The notes beneath the pieces are model-generated. The model had not been told where the DNA came from. It saw only the letters and a program-made list of their open reading frames with translations, and did no database searches. A stretch of 64,000 nt of DNA from Planctomycetaceae bacterium (GTDB lineage Bacteria; Planctomycetota; Planctomycetia; Planctomycetales; Planctomycetaceae). The stretch covers positions 10,908-74,907 of the forward strand of contig JAGQPW010000007.1 of the NCBI GenBank assembly GCA_020426515.1, read 5' to 3'. Made by a program: the position numbers and the translations under genes. Of this stretch, positions 1 to 7,516 are shown piece by piece. Each line of letters opens with the position of its first letter. Positions within the stretch are counted from its first letter, which is position 1.

Positions 1-487
1 CAGAGACGCCCTCGACCTCATTGGAAATGGTTGTCGCCAGTGCCTGCAGATTGTCGTTCGAGCCATCGACCACAATTGAAGCGAGCGGTCCATCTCCAGC
101 ACGGATTTCCAAAGTCCCGTGGGTCAGTCTGGCCTCTGAGGAAGAGAATTCCTGGGACGCAACCTGATGAGCCCGGGCAATGGACTCGACCGAGACGTGA
201 TGAATTCCAGGAGCCGCGGCCGAACCAGCGGTGGCCACCAGCACTGACTCATCGGAACTGGCAACCGAGAGCTGCTTCAGCACGTTGTTTTGTGAACGTG
301 CGAGCGTAGAGATGGTGCCGCGAAAAGCGACGATCGACGCTTCGATGGTTTGAAACGCCGTCTGCTTCTTGAGAATCTCGCTCTTCTGCAACTTCAGGCG
401 ATCGATGCGCTGCTGCTGGATCTTTGTCAGACCCTCAACAATAGACTGCGTATCCAGTCCAGACGCAATTCCATCAATGGTAAGCAT
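1..487 (-). CDS. fliD: Flagellar filament cap protein FliD, N-terminal part (gene runs off window start)
   Basis: Absent from the ORF track because it is truncated by the window edge. Manual reverse translation from ATG 487..485 gives MLTIDGIASGLDTQSIVEGLTKIQQQRIDRLKLQKSEILKKQTAFQTIEASIVAFRG..., open to position 1. This is a FliD-type N-terminal region, directly downstream of fliC. Confidence 0.7.
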   Translation of the reverse strand, partial: MLTIDGIASGLDTQSIVEGLTKIQQQRIDRLKLQKSEILKKQTAFQTIEASIVAFRGTISTLARSQNNVLKQLSVASSDESVLVATAGSAAAPGIHHVSVESIARAHQVASQEFSSSEARLTHGTLEIRAGDGPLASIVVDGSNDNLQALATTISNEVEGVS

Positions 488-535
488 ACTGCCGTCGCCT
501 GGTTATCCGTAACGTACTCTCCCCAAAGTCGAAAT

Positions 536-568
536 CCTCCGCCGGAAACCAAGCGTTTCCGACGGAGG
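536..568 (-). terminator. Stem-loop between fliC and fliD (terminator/attenuator candidate)
   Basis: cctccgccggaaac (536-549), loop caagc, gtttccgacggagg (555-568). This is a 14-bp stem with one G-U/mismatch, 22 nt after the fliC stop. The downstream stretch on the minus-strand RNA is only moderately U-rich. Confidence 0.5.
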
Positions 569-589
569 TTCTTTCGATGAGAAACGCGA

Positions 590-2008
590 CTACCGCAGCA
601 GAGAGAGGATCTGCTGTGGCAGCTGGTTGGCGTTTCCAAGGACCGAAGTACCAGCCTGGACCAGAACCTGATACTTGGTGAAGTTGGTAATTTCAGCAGC
701 GAAGTCAGTATCGCGAATCACGGATTCGGCGTTCACCGTGTTTTCCAGAGTCGCACGCAGGTTGTTGGCTGTTGAAGCCAGCGTGTTCGACTGGAATGCA
801 CCGAGCGTACCACGCTGATTGGTGACGTCGCTGATGGCCGCATCGATCACACCCAGGGCGTCCTGAGCTTTGGTCGCGGAGGTCACATCGATTTCGGACA
901 AGCTTGCGAACTGATTTCCAGCCACTCCAACACCCAGGGCACCCGAGGTTGCCTTGCCGATCGCGACCTTTGCGGTCTGGTTGGCGTTGGCACCGATCTG
1001 GAACACAAGCGAGTTGTCAGTCACGGTCACGTTGCCCTGAGCACCAGTCACGGTTGAAGTGACATCGGAGCCATCGGTTGCCAGCTGCAGTGTCAGCCCC
1101 TTGGCCGTACCTGAGGTCGCGGTGACAAGATTTCCCTGGCCGACGAAGGTTGTTCCACCGATGGTGGCCTGGATATCGACACCCGTATCGGTCAGGGCCG
1201 TTGTTCCAAGCCCGGTGCTGGTGGTCGCAGCTGCCACATTGGACACGACTTCGATTGACGAGCTGGACCCGAAAGCCGAAGTGTACAGGCGAGTGGCACC
1301 ACCCGTTCCGCCGTTGTCAGCAACCACACCGGTCTGTGCCGAGTAGGTGTTGATCTTGGTGATGACTTCGTTCTGAGTCAGGCCGGCGCTCAGGCTGATG
1401 GCCACGCCATTGATCGACACGACTTCGTCAGCAGCCAGTGCACTTCCCTGAACCGCACCAGCTTCGACGTTGGCACGTTCGCCAACCGTGCTCACGCTGA
1501 CAGCGTAAGTCCCGGCGGTTGTGCTCCCGTTGGCCTTCACAAAGGTGACATCGGTATCGCTGGTCAATCCACTGACACCGGCACTTCCATCCAGCAGCTT
1601 CTTGGTACCGAACTGCGTGTTCTGTGAGATACGGTTGATCGTATCCAGAATGTTGTCGATTTCTGCCTGGTTGGAAGCGAGGGCATCATCATCGTTCACA
1701 CCGGCGTTGGCTGAATCGATGGCCAGACTGCGAACCTTCACGAGCAGCGAGTTGATTTCCGTCAGAGCCCCTTCGGCGGTTTGAACCAGCGAAACGGCTT
1801 TGTCGGTATTGTCGATGGCCTGTTCCAGACCAGCGATCTGAGCACGCTGCTTTTCTGAAATCACCAGAGCCGCAGGACCATCCGATCCGCGGTTGACTTT
1901 CAAGCCCGATGACAGGCGTTCGACGGACTGGGCCAGCTTGGAGTTGGCCCGGTTCAAGTTATTCTGCGCGTTCAGCGAAACAACGTTGTTAGCAATGGAC
2001 AGTGCCAT
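590..2008 (-). CDS. fliC: Flagellin
   Basis: The N-terminus MALSIANNVVSLNAQNNLNRANSKLAQSVERLSSGLKVNRGSDGPAAL and C-terminus TNFTKYQVLVQAGTSVLGNANQLPQQILSLLR are the conserved flagellin D0/D1 segments. Confidence 0.95.
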   Translation of the reverse strand: MALSIANNVVSLNAQNNLNRANSKLAQSVERLSSGLKVNRGSDGPAALVISEKQRAQIAGLEQAIDNTDKAVSLVQTAEGALTEINSLLVKVRSLAIDSANAGVNDDDALASNQAEIDNILDTINRISQNTQFGTKKLLDGSAGVSGLTSDTDVTFVKANGSTTAGTYAVSVSTVGERANVEAGAVQGSALAADEVVSINGVAISLSAGLTQNEVITKINTYSAQTGVVADNGGTGGATRLYTSAFGSSSSIEVVSNVAAATTSTGLGTTALTDTGVDIQATIGGTTFVGQGNLVTATSGTAKGLTLQLATDGSDVTSTVTGAQGNVTVTDNSLVFQIGANANQTAKVAIGKATSGALGVGVAGNQFASLSEIDVTSATKAQDALGVIDAAISDVTNQRGTLGAFQSNTLASTANNLRATLENTVNAESVIRDTDFAAEITNFTKYQVLVQAGTSVLGNANQLPQQILSLLR

Positions 2009-2060
2009 GACTCAGCCTTCTTTCTAGTTGTGGGGAATCGGGTCGGGGTTCAGTCGCATG

Positions 2061-2384
2061 TCACATGGACGAACTGGATGACCCACCATGGTCGGGAAGA
2101 AACTCTTGCAGCAGATTGGTAGCTGCTGCATCGGCGGCCAGACGGGTTGAGTACTCTCCCCGGTCGAGCTTGGCTTTGGCCAGTGCCACCACATCGGGTC
2201 GCACGGCATTGTCTTCCCTGACCGACCTGAGCAATCCTGCGAGGACATCCTCTTCCGTTCGCTGAACTCCGCGTGCATCCGGGGAATTCCCAGTACTCAA
2301 CACTCCACTCGAATTGCCCTGCATCGCAGAGGATTTCGGAGCGGAAAGTTGATGCGGTGTCGTGTGGAAATGGTTGATCTGCAT
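2061..2384 (-). CDS. flgM: Anti-sigma-28 factor FlgM-like
   Basis: 107 aa. The C-terminal VRPDVVALAKAKLDRGEYSTRLAADAAATNLL resembles the FlgM sigma-28-binding region. Located immediately upstream of fliC. Confidence 0.65.
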   Translation of the reverse strand: MQINHFHTTPHQLSAPKSSAMQGNSSGVLSTGNSPDARGVQRTEEDVLAGLLRSVREDNAVRPDVVALAKAKLDRGEYSTRLAADAAATNLLQEFLPDHGGSSSSSM

Positions 2385-2565
2385 AACTCAGGTCTTTCTA
2401 ACCAGCACCAAGGCCAAGCAACGTATCGAAGCATTTCCCGAGGACTTGCCCCCTATTCCGCACAATTCGCCGAAATTCACGGCAACAGAATGGGGTAGCT
2501 GAGGCAATTTTGCCGATTTCAATGATTGACAACGTCTTTACGCCGCAAATCCAGGCAGAAACCCC

Positions 2566-4779
2566 TTGTCCTCTCAAGATTCCCCAATCATTGAGCGGCA
2601 ACAGTCCCCGTATCGAAAGCTGATACTGGTGGGACTGGTGAGCCTGTGCGCTGCGGCCACGGGAATGGCATTGTCGCTGTACGGCAGCCAACTGCTGATC
2701 AAAACCACCAAATCACCCCAATCCACCAAGACTGCCAATAAAGGCGGTCCCCTCCCTGCCGCAATTGAGCGTCCCGATTCCATCTCGCCCTTCTCTCTTA
2801 CATTGAGTGGGGAATCGCTGCTGGATGAGCAGTACGAATGGAGTGGAATTTCGATCACTGAACGTGTTCGCCGGGGAGAGGAGTTTCTGCGCAGTCATGA
2901 GCCCCAGCGGGCCGCCGAGGAGTTCGGTCTCGTCCTCGACAGTCCGGCCGACGAAGCCACTCACTCCGGCCGAACCTACTTGATGTACGGTATTGCCCGG
3001 GAACTCCTGGGCGATCTGGATGGCAGCCTGCGGTCTTACCGAGAAGCTTTCCGACGTGCGCAGCATCCCTGGCAGAAAGCCTGCGTCACCTTGCGTCTGG
3101 CGCACGGAATGTCTCAACAGGACGACCAGTGGGCGACTGCCGTCGGAGTGCTGATGAGCAGCATGCTGCGGCAGGGAGCCGCGACCCCCCTGAATGTCTA
3201 CAACGAGTCCATCATTTCATTGTCGTTGTATATGACGGGCAAACAGTCGGACATTCCGGCCACGACACATCTCATCGATGATGCCACGCTGCTGGTTCCT
3301 CCCTGTCCGGTCAACCCGGACGACATCCTGCAACAATGGGATCAGGCTTGGAGCCTTCCCAGCGACGCCATCACGCAGCTGCAACTGGACTCGGTTCGAA
3401 AACTGGGGCCGCAGCCCAACGAGTGGCTGATCAAGGTGAAGTCCCCCACGATGGCCGTTGAGGATCTGCTGTCCGCACTCGCTCAGAAGGGGGAATGGGC
3501 ATTGCGTATCACCGATGCCGGTCGTCACATCCTGAGCGGTCGCTCCATCACCCTGAACACTCGTGAACTGTCCACCGAAGTCTTCCTGGATGCCCTTTTG
3601 TTGCCGCTTGGTGCAGAGTGGCAGTTCGACGGACAGGTCCTGCAGGTGAGCAGCATCGCGGAGACGATCCCCACGGAAAGTCCGCAACCAAAGCAGCCGG
3701 TCGAATGGTCGTATCAGAATCGGGCGGCCAAGTACCTGCGCTTTGGACTCGTCCAGGCACAGGATCATCCCCTGGCCCCCAAGGTCTACACCTACCTGGC
3801 AAGGCTGGAACTGGCCAGTGGGAAGGCGGCGGCCGCCGCAGGCTACATGGAACAGGTGCTCAACCAGTTTCCTTCAAGTCCGGTTGCCGCCACGATGTGG
3901 TTCAATCTGGCCCGCATTCGAATGCAGGAAGGACAACGTCCGCTGGCCCTGCAGGCATTCTTCCATTCCGCAGATCACATGGACGGCGCCCTGACAACCG
4001 GGGCCAGCTATCTGTACGCCGGTCGGCTGTTGATCGAAGAACAGAAGCCAGACAAGGCCATTTCACTTCTTTTCCGCAGCACTACGCTCCTGACCGGCGA
4101 ACCACGTGGGCGCGCAGCGCTGCTGCTGGCAACAGCCTACCTGATGACCGAGGAACTGTCCTCAGCCAATCAGGTCTTGTGGGACAACCAGAAGGACATT
4201 GCCCTGCCACAGCTCGATGATCAGGCCGCTTTTCTCACCGCATTCATTCGGTATCGCAGCAGCCCACCCGCTCGCAAGGAATACATGGCCCGTAACCTGA
4301 TGACGGCGATGACGCACCTCGATCGCGAACGGCTGTTTGGCGAAAGCTGGTTTCTCCTGCAGGCCGAAGCCTGTCATGAACTGGGCATTTCGGAGGAACG
4401 GCAACGAATCATCATGAGTCAGTTGCAGAAGCCGCTTCCGGAAGCTCAACAACTGCAATTGCGGCTGATGCTGGGACACGTCGAACTGAAAGACAAGAAC
4501 GCCGCAACAACCGCAACGGAGGCCGATGCCCTGCTGAGCATTGAACGTGCCCTCCGACTGGAACGGCAGGGCCAGACGGCTTTGGCCATTGCAGAGTGCA
4601 AGCGGTTGCTGGCGGAGGAATCCACTTCCAAAGACAACCGATTAAAGACGCTCGCCATTCTGGGCCGGTGCTACCAGCAACTCGGACAGCACGACAATGC
4701 CATCCTCTGTTTCGTGGGGATGCTTCCCTCCGATGTCGCTTCCATCGGTACAAATCCCGACACACAGGATCAACAATGA
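2566..4779 (+). CDS. Membrane-anchored TPR-repeat protein, function unknown
   Basis: 737-aa ORF with a TTG start. N-terminal TM segment LILVGLVSLCAAATGMALSLYG, followed by long helical repeat-like sequence. The stop overlaps the next start (ATGA at 4776-4779). Confidence 0.6.
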   Translation: MSSQDSPIIERQQSPYRKLILVGLVSLCAAATGMALSLYGSQLLIKTTKSPQSTKTANKGGPLPAAIERPDSISPFSLTLSGESLLDEQYEWSGISITERVRRGEEFLRSHEPQRAAEEFGLVLDSPADEATHSGRTYLMYGIARELLGDLDGSLRSYREAFRRAQHPWQKACVTLRLAHGMSQQDDQWATAVGVLMSSMLRQGAATPLNVYNESIISLSLYMTGKQSDIPATTHLIDDATLLVPPCPVNPDDILQQWDQAWSLPSDAITQLQLDSVRKLGPQPNEWLIKVKSPTMAVEDLLSALAQKGEWALRITDAGRHILSGRSITLNTRELSTEVFLDALLLPLGAEWQFDGQVLQVSSIAETIPTESPQPKQPVEWSYQNRAAKYLRFGLVQAQDHPLAPKVYTYLARLELASGKAAAAAGYMEQVLNQFPSSPVAATMWFNLARIRMQEGQRPLALQAFFHSADHMDGALTTGASYLYAGRLLIEEQKPDKAISLLFRSTTLLTGEPRGRAALLLATAYLMTEELSSANQVLWDNQKDIALPQLDDQAAFLTAFIRYRSSPPARKEYMARNLMTAMTHLDRERLFGESWFLLQAEACHELGISEERQRIIMSQLQKPLPEAQQLQLRLMLGHVELKDKNAATTATEADALLSIERALRLERQGQTALAIAECKRLLAEESTSKDNRLKTLAILGRCYQQLGQHDNAILCFVGMLPSDVASIGTNPDTQDQQ

Positions 4780-5903
4780 GCCGCGAACGATCCTCTCGTG
4801 ACAAACCGACCCGCCGTGAAAAATTCACGTGGCGCAAGTGTCGACATGGCGTTTTCACCCTCGCCGCCATGAGTCTGCTCACACACCTGGCTCGGGGAGC
4901 TGACACTCCGGATCTCAGCGTTCCCGTTCCGCTGTTCCAGCAGGCCGCGATCGAGTCATCTCGTCCATTGCCTTCGGCATCAGCGCAGGTGGACGAATCG
5001 TCCGATCTGCAAATCCTGAAGGAGGCGCGAATCAAAGAGCTGGAACGGCAGATTCGTGAGGTGAAAGACCGGATCTCCCGGCTGCGTTCACAGCGTCAGA
5101 TCGACGAGACGAAAGTCACGCGAGAAGCGACTTCCAATTCCGATTCCCTTCCAACCACTGAGGTGACCCCAGGGAATCTGATGGTCCCCGATCCGATGCC
5201 GGTTCGAGTCACGCCGCCAACCCCGGACCACACGGTTGCTCCAGCCGACGTCAAGGTTGCCCCCAAGCCAGAGACTCCGACTCCTGAGACTTCGACTCCC
5301 GGTCCCGCTCCAAAGCCCACGGTCCAGCAAGGCGAGCCGGCTGTCGTGCAATCCCCACCCGGAATGGCCGACCCCGCTTCCGCTGAACCGAAGTCGACAC
5401 CAGATGCCACACCGACCCCGGATCGGGTTTTGATTCCGCTACGTCCCGGGGCCCCTGCGCCTGCGTTTCCTCCGCGACTGCCAACCACTGTCGGCGGGCC
5501 GGTAATACCGGAACCAGAGAACACCATCCCGACAGAAAGTGCATTGAACGGGCAAGTCGACCGTATGGCGCTGGCAAACAGCTTGTATGCGACTGGTCAG
5601 TTCGAACAATGCCTGCAAACGCTTGATGCCGTTCTGGACTCCAGCCTGACTCCCGATGACAAGTTGTGGAAGGTGTACCTGAGGGCCTCCTGTCATCGCA
5701 GCCTCAACAATACTCAGGAAGCCGTCCGCATTTATCGAACGATCGCCAGCGGACCGGAAACCGCCTGGACTCATGACCTCGCGCTGTGGTGGCTGGATCA
5801 CCTCAGCGAGCGTGACGAACTGATCAAGCAAACCGAACTGCTGCGCACAGTCCTGACGGAATTCAAAAAGGAGACGAAGCAACTTGACCAGCCTCTCAAT
5901 TGA
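4776..5903 (+). CDS. Pro-rich protein with coiled coil and C-terminal TPR-like region, function unknown
   Basis: The internal ATG at 4776 (MSRERSSRDKPTRRE...) overlaps the upstream stop. Contains a hydrophobic segment VFTLAAMSLLTHLA, a PT-rich linker and a TPR-like end. Confidence 0.55.
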   Translation: MSRERSSRDKPTRREKFTWRKCRHGVFTLAAMSLLTHLARGADTPDLSVPVPLFQQAAIESSRPLPSASAQVDESSDLQILKEARIKELERQIREVKDRISRLRSQRQIDETKVTREATSNSDSLPTTEVTPGNLMVPDPMPVRVTPPTPDHTVAPADVKVAPKPETPTPETSTPGPAPKPTVQQGEPAVVQSPPGMADPASAEPKSTPDATPTPDRVLIPLRPGAPAPAFPPRLPTTVGGPVIPEPENTIPTESALNGQVDRMALANSLYATGQFEQCLQTLDAVLDSSLTPDDKLWKVYLRASCHRSLNNTQEAVRIYRTIASGPETAWTHDLALWWLDHLSERDELIKQTELLRTVLTEFKKETKQLDQPLN

Positions 5904-6282
5904 TCCCCTGTCAGATCCAATTCGTGCGCTGCAGCAGTCGACCGAGGCATGCCAGCAGCTGGCTCTGCAGGTTGTACAAGCCTGCGAAACAGAGAGCCCC
6001 GCATTCCTTTCCCCGCTGAATCAACTGCGATCACAGCTCAAGAACCATGAACGGCGGTGGGATGAATGGACGAAATCACGTAGTGAGCACCCCACCACCA
6101 ACATCAGCCCAGAAACTCAAAGCCAGGTCGACCAGCTCATTCATTCGGTGACCCATCTGATGGAAACACTCAAGCAGCTGGAACGGAAACTTGAATCGCG
6201 ACGTGACGCGATCGCGCCGCGCATCGGTCGACTTCGCGAAGAAACACGTGGACGATCGGAATACCTGCGGGTCATGCAGTAA
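5884..6282 (+). CDS. Small helical/coiled-coil protein, function unknown
   Basis: 132-aa ORF with a TTG start, overlapping the upstream gene by 20 nt. Lies directly upstream of the sigma-54 activator gene. Confidence 0.45.
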   Translation: MTSLSIDPLSDPIRALQQSTEACQQLALQVVQACETESPAFLSPLNQLRSQLKNHERRWDEWTKSRSEHPTTNISPETQSQVDQLIHSVTHLMETLKQLERKLESRRDAIAPRIGRLREETRGRSEYLRVMQ

Positions 6283-6365
6283 CCATGGCCTCCGGGTGTG
6301 ACAGACGCCCGACCAGCGACATCAAAGGACATCACGGAGCCGGCGGAATTCGGTGGAACGGAACT

Positions 6366-7316
6366 ATGGAGACACACATCGTCACACGCTCGCCCTGCAT
6401 GCGGCAACTGCTCGATCAGGCCGAGAAGTTTGCTGCATCGGGAGCCACAATTCTGGTAACCGGGGAGAGCGGCACCGGTAAGGAACTGCTGGCACGATTC
6501 ATCCACAAAGCGAGTCCCATGCGGGCGGGTGCCCTGTTGGCGGTCAACTCGGCCGCATTCTCTGAGACTGTCGTGGAAAGCGAACTGTTTGGTCACGAAG
6601 CAGGCGCGTTTACGGGAGCCATCGCCCAGCGCAAAGGCCGGTTCGAACAGGCTGCTGGCGGGTCAATCTTTCTCGATGAATTTGGCGAACTCACCTTGCC
6701 CATGCAGGCCAAGCTGCTCCGAGTTCTGGAAGAAGGCGAGTTTCAACGTGTGGGTGGAAGCACCACCCAGAGGCTGCAAGCTCGCGTCATCGTGGCGACC
6801 AACAAGGATCTGCAGGAAGAAGTTGCTTCGGGACGCTTTCGGGAAGACCTGTTGTATCGAATCAATCCGCTCGAACTGCATGCCCCTCCATTGCGTCAGC
6901 GCATGGACGATCTCCCGCTACTGGTTGAACATTTCCTGGCACAGTTTCAATCTCAGGGAATCGCCACAGCCAAAACCGTCCAGCCTGCGGCCATGAATCG
7001 ACTGCTCGATTATCACTGGCCTGGCAATGTTCGCGAACTGCGCAACGTTCTGCTGCGAGCGGCTGTGCTGGCAGGCGAACAGCCGATTGAGCACGTTCAG
7101 TTCCCGGCGGAACCGCCCCGCATCCTGCCATTTGCTCCTCGCGTTGCACGGGAGCTCGCCGCATTGCCACTGAGTGAGATTGAGCGTCTGACAATCATGG
7201 AACGCCTGGAACATTGCGACGGCAACCAGACACGCGCGGCGGCGACATTGGGAATCACATCGCGAACATTGCGAAACAAGCTGGCTGAGTATCGAAAACT
7301 GTCGGCCACGGGCTGA
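6366..7316 (+). CDS. Sigma-54-dependent transcriptional activator (AAA+ plus Fis-type HTH, no N-terminal regulatory domain)
   Basis: Walker A GESGTGKE, the GAFTGA loop (EAGAFTGA), ELFGHE, and a C-terminal HTH AAATLGITSRTLRNKL. The ATG at 6366 (METHIVTRSP...) is preferred; the longest ORF starts at 6285. Confidence 0.9.
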   Translation: METHIVTRSPCMRQLLDQAEKFAASGATILVTGESGTGKELLARFIHKASPMRAGALLAVNSAAFSETVVESELFGHEAGAFTGAIAQRKGRFEQAAGGSIFLDEFGELTLPMQAKLLRVLEEGEFQRVGGSTTQRLQARVIVATNKDLQEEVASGRFREDLLYRINPLELHAPPLRQRMDDLPLLVEHFLAQFQSQGIATAKTVQPAAMNRLLDYHWPGNVRELRNVLLRAAVLAGEQPIEHVQFPAEPPRILPFAPRVARELAALPLSEIERLTIMERLEHCDGNQTRAAATLGITSRTLRNKLAEYRKLSATG

Positions 7317-7322
7317 TTCGAC

Positions 7323-7359
7323 CGGAAGAATCTTCCGGACCAGTCGGAAGAAATTTCCG
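7323..7359. promoter_or_regulatory. Pair of 15-bp palindromes CGGAAG-N3-YTTCCG (UAS candidate, or tandem terminator hairpins)
   Basis: CGGAAGAATCTTCCG at 7323-7337 and CGGAAGAAATTTCCG at 7345-7359, 22 bp centre to centre. They lie 100-140 bp upstream of the sigma-54 promoter at 7460. The same motif pair recurs at 20259-20294. Confidence 0.45.
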
Positions 7360-7459
7360 CGCCGCCTCACCTGCGCAGCGTGTAGCGTGACTACGCAAAA
7401 TAGGTTATCCGCTGATATTGGCGGCCTGCAGTACGCTCCGAAGGTCGCTGAGATCACAG

Positions 7460-7475
7460 TGGCACATCACTTGCA
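7460..7475 (+). promoter_or_regulatory. Sigma-54 (-24/-12) promoter
   Basis: TGGCACatcacTTGCA, a perfect match to TGGCAC-N5-TTGCA with GG-N10-GC spacing. Located upstream of fliK-flgD-flgE. Confidence 0.7.
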
Positions 7476-7516
7476 CAATGATGCACCTGAGGTTGGTAAC
7501 CGAAGGATTGAAAGCC

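Noticed and set aside
2491-2507. Weak sigma-54-like element TGGGGTAGCTGAGGCAA upstream of the TPR gene
   Set aside because: The spacing fits but the -12 region lacks the TTGC core. It is not supportable without data.
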